DNA from: Bacteroidota bacterium
GTDB lineage: Bacteria > Bacteroidota > Bacteroidia > Chitinophagales > BACL12
Assembly: GCA_016706865.1 (NCBI GenBank)
Contig: JADJIS010000003.1
Location: 466,030 to 530,029, forward strand
Reading direction: 5' to 3'
Length of the DNA stretch: 64,000 nucleotides
Part shown: positions 28,083 through 38,060 of the stretch, in pieces
How the letters are laid out: every line of letters begins with the position of its first letter
Numbering within the stretch: position 1 is the first letter of the stretch
The notes under the pieces: generated by a model
The model's database searches: none
What the model was told of the DNA's origin: nothing
Seen by the model: only the letters and a program-made list of their open reading frames with translations
Position numbers and translations under genes: made by a program

Positions 28083-28373
28083 GTGAAAAAGGACAACGAA
28101 AAAGAAATAGGTAAAGAAATAAAACTTTTATTCAAAAGTTACCATCTCGACGAAAAGATCGCAGAAGTTCGTATTAAAGAACTATGGGAAACCATCATGG
28201 GTAAAAGCATAAAAAATTACACCACCGGTATGCATTTGTATAAAGGCGTATTAACAGTATTCATCGAATCAGCTCCCTTAAAACAAGACCTCAAATTTTC
28301 TAAAGAAAATATTATTGCACGCATTAATGAGGAGTTGGGGGAGAGGATGGTTAAGGACATAATCATAAAGTGA
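28083..28373 (+). CDS. DUF721 (DciA-like) protein downstream of recF
   Basis: 96 aa with a GTG start. It holds the conserved position after recF. The LWETIMGKSIKNYT...GVLTVFIESAPLKQDL pattern is typical of DUF721. Confidence 0.8.
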   Translation: MKKDNEKEIGKEIKLLFKSYHLDEKIAEVRIKELWETIMGKSIKNYTTGMHLYKGVLTVFIESAPLKQDLKFSKENIIARINEELGERMVKDIIIK

Positions 28374-28408
28374 GTATTTAGTATATAGTATTTAGTAGTT
28401 AGAGTTTA
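28372..28408 (+). repeat. TAGTATT-type heptamer block starting at the DUF721 stop codon
   Basis: GAGTATT TAGTATA TAGTATT TAGTAGT TAGAGTT. A weaker echo lies at 29208-29240 after the next gene. Confidence 0.75.
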
Positions 28409-28478
28409 CGCCAAGGAGATTTTAGATAGATGAAACTATTTTTACCTTCTAATAAATATCGTTAAATTCGTTTATCAC

Positions 28479-29210
28479 ATGAAGCTATACATTTTTCTTA
28501 TTCTTTTATTTCATACATTAAGTTCACATTCACAAATATTTAATGGTCCTGCTGATATGTATGGAGGCGATAAAAAACAAATAAAGGATTCATTAAAGGC
28601 AGTAGAAAAAAGCTCAAAATTATATGTGGTACCTGCAATTTATTTAGTGAATTCCAGCGATTTAACCAAACGTATTGAATTAGAATCAAATATTGGATTT
28701 AGTGTTGAATATGCAGAGGCTGTCAGCGATACTTTGTATAATATGAAAAAAACTGAAGTTGGAGGTTTTATTAAGTCGATTGATGATGATTTTTTTGTAA
28801 TGAATGTTACCAGTGTAACTTTTAATTATTTAGATACTGTTGATAACAATTATTATGATTATATCAGAACAGATCAGTATAATACTGTACTACCTGATTA
28901 TAGTCGTATTGATCTTTCAACTCAACCCATAATAACACGACAAAGTGGCTTCCAAATGGGAATGGAGAATTTTGCTGGTGCTGCATTAACAATTTCCTCT
29001 ATTTCGGCCCTTTTAATTTCTCCGTTAATCAGCATTCGTTATAAAGAAGGAGGATTTAATTCCAATCTCTATTTTAAAGCCGCAGGATTCAGTCTTCTAG
29101 GCGCAGCTTTAACAATCCCGCTATTTATTTATTCAAGGGAAAGGCATTATTTAATTCAGCCTAAAGGGACGGTTTCTAGCGGTGATTACTGGTATCTTGA
29201 GGAGCAGTAG
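28479..29210 (+). CDS. Hypothetical protein with signal peptide and C-terminal TM helices
   Basis: 243-aa ORF. The N-terminus MKLYIFLILLFHTLSSHSQ is signal-like. Two hydrophobic helices lie near the C-terminus. No recognised family. Confidence 0.65.
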   Translation: MKLYIFLILLFHTLSSHSQIFNGPADMYGGDKKQIKDSLKAVEKSSKLYVVPAIYLVNSSDLTKRIELESNIGFSVEYAEAVSDTLYNMKKTEVGGFIKSIDDDFFVMNVTSVTFNYLDTVDNNYYDYIRTDQYNTVLPDYSRIDLSTQPIITRQSGFQMGMENFAGAALTISSISALLISPLISIRYKEGGFNSNLYFKAAGFSLLGAALTIPLFIYSRERHYLIQPKGTVSSGDYWYLEEQ

Positions 29211-29312
29211 GTGTTACCTAGTTTATAGTATTTAGACCCAGGCCAAAATATTTTCCGATCAAATGTACTTATTTTACCCCATTTGCGCTAACACATTTCT
29301 TCTATACTTTTA

Positions 29313-29702
29313 TTAAACAAAACTATGTTTTTCTGCAACAAACTTAATAAACCAGATCGAAAAAATTATATAACTAATATTAATTATCGAATAAATTATC
29401 TTTCTACTTATGGATAATTTTTTGCAATTCGCAATGAAACGAAGGTCGCCGTCATTTTTACCATAAAATTTAATATTAAAAACGTAAATTGCTATGAATC
29501 CTAAAAAAAGTATTATTTTAAATTCTGACCCGAACTGAACTAAATAGAGAAAAAGGGTAAAAAGGTTTAATATCTGTGGGATCGTCAAAAAAAATATGGT
29601 TATGCTGGAATGACGATCCTTATCCATCCACCATATATTTTTAATGGGTACATAAAACATATAAAAATAAAATTCATACAATTCCTTTAATATATTTATC
29701 AT
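29313..29702 (-). CDS. Hypothetical small integral membrane protein
   Basis: 129-aa ORF with 3-4 hydrophobic segments. No recognised family. Confidence 0.5.
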   Translation of the reverse strand: MINILKELYEFYFYMFYVPIKNIWWMDKDRHSSITIFFLTIPQILNLFTLFLYLVQFGSEFKIILFLGFIAIYVFNIKFYGKNDGDLRFIANCKKLSISRKIIYSIINISYIIFSIWFIKFVAEKHSFV

Positions 29703-29775
29703 CAGAGGACATCCATTTAATTATATTCAAATTTTCATACGTATTGTAATAAAAGTTTAAAATAATATTTAAGTA

Positions 29776-29843
29776 TTAATTCGAAGCAATTCGCTTCAAT
29801 GTTTCAAACTGCCCACTGCCCACTGCTCACTGTTGACTTGTTA
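29776..29843 (+). repeat. Hairpin element TAATTCGAAGCAATTCGCTTCAATGTTTCAAA plus CTGCCCA heptamer block
   Basis: GAAGC-AATTC-GCTTC hairpin, then CTGCCCA CTGCCCA CTGCTCA CTGTTGA CTTGTTA (29809-29843). Same family as 46116-46378. Confidence 0.8.
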
Positions 29844-29958
29844 CATACTTCAAAAATGTGAAACCTTTGTTAACTATTACACCTTTATTACAAATATATG
29901 CAACATCCCACCCCTTTTTTCCGTAAATTAGCGTTTGATAAAGAACACAGCCGAAATT

Positions 29959-30726
29959 ATGGAGAATCTAACAATAGAAAAATTAACCCAGGACTATACA
30001 CAATACACCCCCGAACATTTTAAGGTTTGGGAAATACTATTCGATCGCCAAATGGCCTTGTTAAAAGATCGTGCGGCTCAGGTGTTTATGGATGGCATTG
30101 AAACCATTCACTTTACTGCCGACTCCATTCCGAAATTCGACGAATTTAATATCAGATTAGACACACTTACAGGATGGAATGCAGTTGTGGTGCCCGGACT
30201 CATCGGCAACAAAGAGTTTTTCGAATTACTAAAGAACCGAAAATTCCCTGCAAGCACCTGGTTGAGAACCATGGAGCAATTGGATTATCTGGAGGAACCT
30301 GATATGTTTCACGATGTATTTGCCCATCTTCCGCTTTTAACCAATAAGACATATTGTGCATATTTATACGGCTTGAGTAAAATAGCACTCAGTTATATCG
30401 ATAATCCCGTGGGAGTAGAACTTATTTCAAGAATCTACTGGTATACCGTGGAGTTCGGCTTAATTCGCGACAACGGATTGTTGCGCATTTATGGTTCCGG
30501 AATATTATCCTCCCAAGGCGAAAGTATTTATTGTTTAAAATCAGGAATTCCCTCCAAACGATTGGATTACAATCCCGATAAAATTTTAGATACTCCTTAT
30601 ATCAAGGATAAATTTCAGGCAACCTATTTTGTAATAGATTCCTGTCTCGATCTTTTCGAAAGTCTCCCCGACATTGAACAAGGAATTATCAAAAGAATCG
30701 AACATCCTGAACTCTTTATTCCCTGA
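29959..30726 (+). CDS. phhA: Phenylalanine 4-monooxygenase (aromatic amino acid hydroxylase)
   Basis: ATG 29959. Iron-ligand region PDMFHDVFAHLPLL and YWYTVEFGL. Confidence 0.9.
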   Translation: MENLTIEKLTQDYTQYTPEHFKVWEILFDRQMALLKDRAAQVFMDGIETIHFTADSIPKFDEFNIRLDTLTGWNAVVVPGLIGNKEFFELLKNRKFPASTWLRTMEQLDYLEEPDMFHDVFAHLPLLTNKTYCAYLYGLSKIALSYIDNPVGVELISRIYWYTVEFGLIRDNGLLRIYGSGILSSQGESIYCLKSGIPSKRLDYNPDKILDTPYIKDKFQATYFVIDSCLDLFESLPDIEQGIIKRIEHPELFIP

Positions 30727-30750
30727 ACATCCAATTTTTTTGGTGATGCG

Positions 30751-31268
30751 TGGTAAAAAATAATAACCACAAAGCACAATGGAACACACAAGGGACACAA
30801 AGTGTTATTTGTATTTATAGTGTTCTTTGTGGGTTTCCTTGTGTCCATTGTGGTAAAAAAAAATAACCACAAAGCGCACAATGGAACACACAAGGGACAC
30901 AAAGTGTTATTTGTATTCATAGTGTTCTTTGTGGGTTCCCTTGTGTCCTTGTGGTAAAAAAAATAACCACAAAGCGCACAATGGAACACACAATGGACAC
31001 AAAGTGTTATTTGTATTCATAGTGTTCTTTGTGGGTTTCCTTGTGTCCATTGTGGTAAAAAAAAATAACCACAAAGCGCACAATGGAACACACAAGGGAC
31101 ACAAAGTGTTATTTGTATTCATAGGGTTCTTTGTGGGTTCCCTTGTGTCCCTTGTGGTAAAAAAAAATAACCACAAAGAGCACAAGAGAACACACAAGGG
31201 ACACAAAGTGTTATTTGTATTCATAGTGTTCTTTGAGGGTTCCCTTGTGTCCCTTGTGGTAAAAAAAA
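30751..31268. repeat. Tandem array, 5 copies of an approximately 101-bp unit (long imperfect hairpin plus A8-9 run)
   Basis: TGGTAAAAAA recurs at 30751, 30851, 30952, 31053, 31155 and 31257. In each unit ACACAAGGGACACAAAG pairs with CTTTGTGGGTTCCCTTGTGT, and the outer ACCACAA pairs with TTGTGGT. Confidence 0.9.
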
Positions 31269-31530
31269 ATAACTCTATCGCATTTGAGCACACCGGTATC
31301 TTTTATTAAATTTGAGTTAGCACAATAATTTGGCACAAGATTTCGTATTTGTGTGTAATATGAATAAAAACCACGTTGCCGGATGTTTATAATACTGTAC
31401 ATCAGGCAATTACTTAACTAATAAGTTATACGATTATAGCCAATATCTCTACGCTTTTAGCTGTTTATTTGTATTTATAATTTAGGCAAGCTGAATCAAT
31501 ATTGTAAATTTATTTAAATAGATACTAATT

Positions 31531-32223
31531 ATGGTTTTATCATTCATTCTGCAGATACAAGACACAGCTGTGTCAACACTTACCACTCCCGCTGTTGAAC
31601 CAGTGGAAAAATTGAGAATATTTGAACTTCTTGCAAAGGGTGGTCCGGTAATGATACCGATCGCAATTTTGTTGGTGATCACAATTTATGTTTGGATATA
31701 TAAATTTATCACCATAAATGCACAATCAAAAATTGATAACAGATTAATTCCGCAGGTAAGAGATCAACTCGTTTTAGGAAATTTAAAGTCTGCAAAAGGA
31801 TATGTAGCAAATGTAAATACTTCCGTAGCCAGAGTTGTTGACACAGGTTTGGACATGGTTGGTAGTCCGATGAATGAAGTGGAATCCGGTTTGGAAACTG
31901 CTTCCAATATCGAAATTCTGGAAATGGAAAAACATATGGGTGTGTTGAGAATTGTTGCAGGTATAGCTCCCATGCTCGGATTTATAGGAACCATTGCCGG
32001 TGTTATCACTATCTTTTATGATATATCCACAACAAATGATATCAGTATCTCTGTAATCTCCGCAGGTTTATATCAGAAAATGATCACCAGCGGTTTCGGA
32101 TTGCTTACAGGTATTATCGCATATGGTGCATTTAATTTACTTACGATGAAAATTGAACGTTTTGCATTGAGATTGCAACGTGCAGCTTTCGATTTTATAC
32201 GTATCATTAATACTAAAGAATAA
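31531..32223 (+). CDS. exbB: MotA/TolQ/ExbB proton-channel family protein
   Basis: 230 aa with three TM helices and the conserved GIAPMLGFIGTIAGVI segment. It is followed by exbD with an overlapping start/stop. Confidence 0.9.
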   Translation: MVLSFILQIQDTAVSTLTTPAVEPVEKLRIFELLAKGGPVMIPIAILLVITIYVWIYKFITINAQSKIDNRLIPQVRDQLVLGNLKSAKGYVANVNTSVARVVDTGLDMVGSPMNEVESGLETASNIEILEMEKHMGVLRIVAGIAPMLGFIGTIAGVITIFYDISTTNDISISVISAGLYQKMITSGFGLLTGIIAYGAFNLLTMKIERFALRLQRAAFDFIRIINTKE

Positions 32224-32624
32224 TGAAAATAGGAAGAAAAAAACATTACGATCTCGAAGTGTTTTCATCAACGATGAACGATATCATGTTCTTCCTGATG
32301 TTATTCTTTTTGATCATTTCCACTTTGGCAAATCCCAATGTGATAAAAGTATTACTGCCGCAAAGCGGAACTACAGATACCTATAGCAAACAAGATGTAA
32401 CCCTCACCGTTAATGCTGCAAAAGAATATTTTATTGACGATCGCCAAGTGAGTTTCGACATGCTCGAAATGGAACTCAACAACGCAACAGCTAACTCTGC
32501 AGAAAAAGTAGTTGTACTTCGCGCAGATGCAACATTAACTATTCAGGATCTTGTGGATGTGCTTCAAATTGGAGCTAAGAATCATGTGAGGATTGTTATG
32601 GCTACGGATAAGAGTAATTTCTGA
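32223..32624 (+). CDS. exbD: Biopolymer transport protein ExbD/TolR
   Basis: 133 aa with an N-terminal TM (IMFFLMLFFLIISTL) and VVLRADATLTIQDLVDVL typical of ExbD. Confidence 0.88.
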   Translation: MKIGRKKHYDLEVFSSTMNDIMFFLMLFFLIISTLANPNVIKVLLPQSGTTDTYSKQDVTLTVNAAKEYFIDDRQVSFDMLEMELNNATANSAEKVVVLRADATLTIQDLVDVLQIGAKNHVRIVMATDKSNF

Positions 32625-32957
32625 GGGGAAATAGGAAGTAGGAAATAGGAAGTAGGACATAGGATTGACATAGGACATGGGAAATCGGACATAGGATTTG
32701 ATTTGATTTTAATTGAGAATTAATTTCTAATTGGAGATTTTTTTCAGGCCGTAAATTATGCCTCGGAGGAGTGAGGCTCTCGCTCTTCGCGAGGGTCTCA
32801 CTAAAGGTATAGAAAGCAGAAAGGACATGGGAAATCGGACATAGGATTTAATTTGATTTTAATTCAGAATTAATTTCTATTTGGAGATTTTTTTCAGGCC
32901 GTAAATTATTCATCGGAGGAGTGAGGCTCTCGCTCTTCGCGAGGGTCTCACTAAAGG
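32625..32957 (+). repeat. TAGGAAG/TAGGACA heptamer block followed by two 135-bp direct repeats, each with a 13-bp-stem hairpin
   Basis: The heptamers at 32625-32701 begin 1 nt after the exbD stop. Copies at 32673-32807 and 32823-32957 have a 150-bp period. Hairpins GTGAGGCTCTCGC-TCTTC-GCGAGGGTCTCAC lie at 32771-32801 and 32921-32951. Confidence 0.9.
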
Positions 32958-32997
32958 CATAACAATACAACATAGGGATAGAAAAAGACATGTCATA

Positions 32998-33215
32998 TCA
33001 AAATTTCGCCAGAAATTTAAACTCCTATTTTGGTATCAGGAATCAAGTATCAGGAAAACAAACTCAGTGATTTGAAAAAAAATCGAAGAAATTTCAACTC
33101 CTTTCTCATTTCTCATATTTTGGTATCAGGAATCAAGTATCAGGAAACACATAATAGTGTTTAGCAAAATTTCGCCAGAAATTTAATCTCCTTTCTCCTC
33201 TCTCCTCACTCCTTT
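32998..33215 (+). repeat. Three copies of the composite AAATTTCG-NN-AGAAATTT hairpin element
   Basis: Hairpins at 33001-33018, 33075-33094 (degenerate) and 33167-33184. GTATCAG heptamers lie at 33033-33060 and 33123-33150. CT-rich tails read AAACTCCT.../AATCTCCTTTCTCCTCTCTCC. Confidence 0.85.
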
Positions 33216-33292
33216 TTAAATTTGATCTAAATTACCGAAATTTGGTGAAAATTGACCAAACCCTCTTAACTATAACCTAAACCACACTACTC

Positions 33293-34210
33293 ATGAAATT
33301 TTCACTAAAATTTATTTGCATTATTTTTTTATTTTCTATTAATTTATTAGTGTATGGGCAAATAAAAGTTCATTATTATTCAAAATCAGTGTTTGCAGAA
33401 AACATTGAGACGTTAAAGAAAACTACTTTGGTTTTTGTGGTCACAGATAACTATAAAGATTCTTTAGATGTAATTGAAAAGGCCTTAGAAAAATCTTGGA
33501 CACTAACAAAGTACGAAGTGATCACATACGATGAGTTAAAATATTATGTGAATGAAGATGGATATTCTTACATGAAAATGCAAGGATTTCTTGCTACTCC
33601 CAAAATTTTATCAACTGTGTATTTTGAATTACAATTAAAAGTAGAAAACTCAGATAAGACTAAAATAACGTGGAAACCGATTGCTTACATGAACCTATAT
33701 ATTGATAGGACAAATAATACGGAAGGAATTGAAAAGGGAGAAGAATATCTTTATGAAATACAATATCATAATTATAATGCCGGTTTTTTAAAATTATTTG
33801 TGAAGACGATAAATGACTATATTCTTGCAGGAAAACCTATAGGCGAATTTGATACTGATATATCTATCCCTTCTGAGGTCGAAAAATTAAAAATGGATAC
33901 CTTATATATTCCGGACTACACATTGAAATTGTCTAAAAAATACGTAAGCGAAAGTAAATTTAAGGTCAGAAGTCACGAAGAATTTCTTGAGGATTATCCT
34001 TATGAGGCCACAATATTGAGCGCAGATGAGTTAGGTAATAAAATTTTAAATGGCTCTATTGACTATGCACTTATTTATACGAGTGATAGTGAATTAATTT
34101 CTTTTATGGTTTACAACGTTAAAACCGGTGAATTAATTTATGGAAAATTTTTAGAGTTTAAGGAAAATCTTAAATCGAAAGATCTTTTAGATATTTTTGA
34201 GGAAAATTAG
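33293..34210 (+). CDS. Hypothetical secreted protein
   Basis: 305-aa ORF with a signal peptide (MKFSLKFICIIFLFSINLLVYGQ). No recognised family. Confidence 0.7.
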   Translation: MKFSLKFICIIFLFSINLLVYGQIKVHYYSKSVFAENIETLKKTTLVFVVTDNYKDSLDVIEKALEKSWTLTKYEVITYDELKYYVNEDGYSYMKMQGFLATPKILSTVYFELQLKVENSDKTKITWKPIAYMNLYIDRTNNTEGIEKGEEYLYEIQYHNYNAGFLKLFVKTINDYILAGKPIGEFDTDISIPSEVEKLKMDTLYIPDYTLKLSKKYVSESKFKVRSHEEFLEDYPYEATILSADELGNKILNGSIDYALIYTSDSELISFMVYNVKTGELIYGKFLEFKENLKSKDLLDIFEEN

Positions 34211-34345
34211 AAGTAGGACATAGGACCTAGGACATAGGACCTAGGACCTAGAACATGACAAGGACATGACAAGGACATGACAAGGACATGACAAGGACAG
34301 AAAAGAGTGGGGTAAATTTCGCAAGAAATTTAAACTTCTTTTCCA
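34208..34345 (+). repeat. AGGACMT heptamers, 4 x 11-mer CATGACAAGGA, then AAATTTC-GCAA-GAAATTT hairpin element
   Basis: The heptamers at 34208-34256 start with the TAG stop itself. The 11-mer x4 lies at 34254-34297. The hairpin lies at 34314-34331 with tail AAACTTCTTTTCC. Confidence 0.88.
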
Positions 34346-34398
34346 ATATTCCTGCCTCTGAGTAGTAAGACATACACTTTAAATTATTCTACTTAAGC

Positions 34399-36543
34399 TT
34401 ATTGCTTCACAAATTTTTGCGACCATGAATTCATTCCATCTTCTATTTTAATTATATAAATACCACTTCCAACATTTTGCAAATCGATAATGAAACTGTT
34501 TTCAGATGTAATTATTGTTTGCAGAATTTGACCTATCGCATCGGTTAAATAAATTGATTTTTCGGTAGAGAAATCTGTTTCGATCGCGATGTAATTAAAT
34601 GCAGGATTTGGGTATATTGAAAAAGTATTTTCTACTGTATTGTTAGCTTCTCTGCATGGCACACTCACAGTAATTGTATTTGAATTTTTGAAACAACCGG
34701 TAGCTATTTTTGTTACACGGCATTTATAATTTCCGGTGGTAGTGGCTATATAGTTTGTTGATGTTGCACCGGATATTACTGATGCACCTTTGTACCATTG
34801 ATAGCTGCTTGCTCCTACAGGAACCTCGGTTAAGGTTACACTTCCTCCTGCACAAAAGGTAGTTGCACCCGTTGCGGTTATAGATGCACCGGGGTTTTTA
34901 TTTACAATTACTGGAATTAAAGTTGAAGTTGCTGTGCCACATATACTTGTTGTTTCACATGTATAATCCCCTTTTTTAGTAACTGTATACGAGGTACCGG
35001 TTGCACCTGCAATATTTACTCCGTTCTTTTTCCACTGGAGAGATGTGCCAGAATGTATTGCAGTTAAAACAACAGAACCTCCCTGACAAAACGTTGTAGC
35101 TCCGCCGGCAGAAATGGAAATGGTTAACACAACTCCATCATCAATTATTCCATTGCAATCATCATCCAAAGAATTACATGTTTCCGGAAAAGGTGTGCAA
35201 GCAGGTCCAACCAGTTTTACAACCCAATAATCACTACCACCTAAGTTTGCTTCGGTTTTATCACCGGAAATTCCGGATTGTGAGTATCCCCCGAGAATAT
35301 ATCCGCTATCAGTGGTTTGTTGGAGGGTAATCAGATAATCATAATGACTCCCTCCAATGGTATTCTGCCATTCGATGGCACCAATGCTGTTTATTTTCAC
35401 TACCCAATAATCATTAGCACCCAACAATGTTTCAGTTTTATCACCGGAAATACCAGAAAAGGAGTATCCCCCCATAATATATCCACCATCGGTGGTTTGT
35501 TCGATGGATATCAGAAAATCATTATTGTTCCCACCAATGGTATTTTGCCATTCGATTGCTCCGCTGCCGTTGAGTTTCACTACCCAATAATCATAATCAC
35601 CCAAGGAAGCTTCGGTTTTATCCCCGGAAATACCAGACCCAGAGTATCCCCCCAGAATATAACCGCCGTCGGTGGTTTGTTGAATGGAAAACAGCAAATC
35701 ATCACTGCTCCCCCCAATAGTATTCTGCCATTCGATTGTACCGCTGCTGTTGAGTTTGACTACCCAATAATCGGAAATACCACCCAAAAATGCTTCGGTT
35801 TTATCACCAGAAATTCCGGAATTAGAGTATCCACCAAGTATATATCCGCCATCGGTGGTTTCTTGTATAGGAAAAAGGAAATCATCACCGCTTCCCCCAA
35901 TTGTATTCTGCCATTCGATTGCGCCGATACTGTTTAATTTCACTACCCAATAATCATCAACACCCAACGATGCTTCGGTTTTATCCCCTGAATTACCGGA
36001 AGTGGAATATCCCCCCAGTATATATCCGCCATCTGTGGTTTGTCGGATTGAACGCAATTGATCATCATGACTACCTCCAATGGTATTCTGCCATTCGATC
36101 GTGCCGCTGCTATTTAGTTTCACTACCCAATAATCACCCAAACCCACTGAACCTTCGGTTTTATCGACCGAAATACCAGAATAGGAATATCCCCCTATTA
36201 TATATCCGCCATCGGTGGTTTGTTGGATGGTAGCCAGATAATCTCCAGCTCCTCCGCCTATAGTATTCTGCCACTCAATAGTGCCGCTACTGTTAAGTTT
36301 CACTACCCAATAATCATAACTACCTGATAAGAGTTCGGTTTTGTCACCGGAAATACCGGAGCTGGAGAATCCACCTAGTATATATCCGCCATCGGTGGTT
36401 TGTTGTAAAGACCGCAGATAATCAAAATTACTCCCTCCAATAGTATTCTGCCATTCGATTGCAGGTGCCTGTGCAAATAAGTAATTAGTAATAACTAAGA
36501 AGAAGGAAAAAATCAGCGGCGATATTAATTTCAGTTTATTCAT
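34399..36543 (-). CDS. Secreted repeat (propeller-like) protein with Cys-rich MopE-like motif, Ig-like domains and T9SS sorting domain
   Basis: 714 aa. Eight to nine repeats of about 47 aa (IEWQNTIGGS..D.L.SIQQTTDGGYILGGYS.SGISGDKTE...DYWVVKLNS.G). CNSLDDDCNGIIDDG. C-terminal IYPNPAFNYIAIE...GIYIIKI. Confidence 0.88.
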   Translation of the reverse strand: MNKLKLISPLIFSFFLVITNYLFAQAPAIEWQNTIGGSNFDYLRSLQQTTDGGYILGGFSSSGISGDKTELLSGSYDYWVVKLNSSGTIEWQNTIGGGAGDYLATIQQTTDGGYIIGGYSYSGISVDKTEGSVGLGDYWVVKLNSSGTIEWQNTIGGSHDDQLRSIRQTTDGGYILGGYSTSGNSGDKTEASLGVDDYWVVKLNSIGAIEWQNTIGGSGDDFLFPIQETTDGGYILGGYSNSGISGDKTEAFLGGISDYWVVKLNSSGTIEWQNTIGGSSDDLLFSIQQTTDGGYILGGYSGSGISGDKTEASLGDYDYWVVKLNGSGAIEWQNTIGGNNNDFLISIEQTTDGGYIMGGYSFSGISGDKTETLLGANDYWVVKINSIGAIEWQNTIGGSHYDYLITLQQTTDSGYILGGYSQSGISGDKTEANLGGSDYWVVKLVGPACTPFPETCNSLDDDCNGIIDDGVVLTISISAGGATTFCQGGSVVLTAIHSGTSLQWKKNGVNIAGATGTSYTVTKKGDYTCETTSICGTATSTLIPVIVNKNPGASITATGATTFCAGGSVTLTEVPVGASSYQWYKGASVISGATSTNYIATTTGNYKCRVTKIATGCFKNSNTITVSVPCREANNTVENTFSIYPNPAFNYIAIETDFSTEKSIYLTDAIGQILQTIITSENSFIIDLQNVGSGIYIIKIEDGMNSWSQKFVKQ

Positions 36544-36791
36544 GTGTTTTATTTTTTAGGTGGGAATATTTATTATTTAATAAATTTTTGACATATTCGT
36601 TATCATTAATGTTTATTTAAATATAAAACATGCAGATGCGAAATTGAATTTTATAATGCACTTCGGTTTAAAGACTGGATTTTAGACAAATATCGTTGTT
36701 TTTAAATTCCTGTGTAACTTTTTGATCATTCGTAGGTTAGCATAATATACTATTGAACATTCTTCACCCAATTTTCCCCTAACTTTACACC

Positions 36792-38060
36792 ATGTTATTC
36801 AACACAATTCCACTCGCCGAACGCCTTCGCCCCAAAAACCTCGATGAATTTATTGGGCAGCAGCATTTAGTGGGGGAGGGACAGGTTTTGCGGAGGATGA
36901 TACAAAGCGGAAAATTGGTTTCCATGATATTCTGGGGACCACCGGGAGTTGGAAAAACCACTCTCGCCAATATTATAGCAAGATCGGCAAACCTTCCGTT
37001 TTTTTCGCTGAGTGCAGTTTCTTCGGGGGTTAAGGATGTGAGGGAAGTAATTGAAAAAGGAGAACGTGGCGGAAAAATAGTTTTATTTATTGATGAGATA
37101 CATCGTTTTAATAAAGCACAACAGGATTCGTTGTTGGGTGCAGTGGAAAAAGGGACCATTTTATTAATTGGTGCCACTACGGAAAATCCTTCCTTTGAAG
37201 TTATTTCCGCATTATTGTCGAGAAGTCAGGTATTTGTATTAAAAGAATTTACCAAAGAAGACTTACAGCAATTAATTAAACGCGCAATTACGGAAGATGA
37301 AATATTATCCAAACGAAAAATAATTATTGAAGAAGAAGAGGCGCTTTTACAATTAAGTGGAGGTGATGCAAGAAAATTATTAAACCTGCTCGAATTAATT
37401 GAAGAATCTGTAGCCGAAGAAAAATTAATTATTACCAATGATCTCGTAAAACAAATTGCACAGAAAAAACTTGTTTTATACGATAAGAATGGCGAACAAC
37501 ATTACGATATCATTTCCGCATTTATAAAAAGTATGCGCGGAAGTGATCCTAATGCTGCGATATATTACATGGTGCGCATGATAGAAGGAGGGGAGGACCC
37601 GAAATTTATAGCCCGACGCATGTTGGTGCTTGCAAGTGAGGATATTGGAAATGCAAATCCCAACGCTTTATTATTAGCAACAAGTTGTTTTCAGGCAGTC
37701 ACCATGTTAGGTTATCCCGAATGCCGACTAACCCTCGCACAAACCGTTATTTATCTGGCAACCTCACCAAAAAGTAATGCCTCTTATGTCGCTTTACAAA
37801 ATGCCACCAATATTGTAAGAGAAAAAGGTGATCTGCAAATTCCTTTACCCATAAGAAATGCTCCCACCAAATTAATGAAGGAATTAAATTACGGTAAAGA
37901 ATATAAATACGCCCACGACTACGAAAATAATTTCACCGAAATGGAATTTCTCCCCGAAGAAATAAAAGGCACAAAAATTTTCGAACCCGGAAATAATGCG
38001 AAGGAGAATGAGATGAGGAGGTTTTTGAAAGAGCGCTGGGGGGATAAGTACGGTTATTGA
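36792..38060 (+). CDS. rarA: Replication-associated recombination protein A (MgsA/RarA AAA+ ATPase)
   Basis: 422 aa. Walker A GPPGVGKTTLA, Walker B LFIDEIHRFNK, and a conserved MgsA C-terminal region (HYDIISAFIKSMRGSDPNAAIYY). Confidence 0.93.
   Translation: MLFNTIPLAERLRPKNLDEFIGQQHLVGEGQVLRRMIQSGKLVSMIFWGPPGVGKTTLANIIARSANLPFFSLSAVSSGVKDVREVIEKGERGGKIVLFIDEIHRFNKAQQDSLLGAVEKGTILLIGATTENPSFEVISALLSRSQVFVLKEFTKEDLQQLIKRAITEDEILSKRKIIIEEEEALLQLSGGDARKLLNLLELIEESVAEEKLIITNDLVKQIAQKKLVLYDKNGEQHYDIISAFIKSMRGSDPNAAIYYMVRMIEGGEDPKFIARRMLVLASEDIGNANPNALLLATSCFQAVTMLGYPECRLTLAQTVIYLATSPKSNASYVALQNATNIVREKGDLQIPLPIRNAPTKLMKELNYGKEYKYAHDYENNFTEMEFLPEEIKGTKIFEPGNNAKENEMRRFLKERWGDKYGY

Noticed and set aside
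30624-31402. Track ORFs on both strands across 30624..31402 (121-128 aa, repetitive FFFTTRDTREPTKN... / KKNNHKAHNGTH...)
   Set aside because: They exist only because the 101-bp tandem unit lacks stops in some frames. ORFs of the same size occur on both strands, and there is no start context or recognisable domain.
35317-37177. Antisense ORFs inside large genes (for example 35317..35937, 35901..36233, 36785..37177, and many 60-110-aa ORFs opposite other CDS)
   Set aside because: They lie fully within strongly supported CDS on the other strand. The long ones sit opposite internally repetitive genes, where stop-free antisense frames are expected. None has a recognisable domain.
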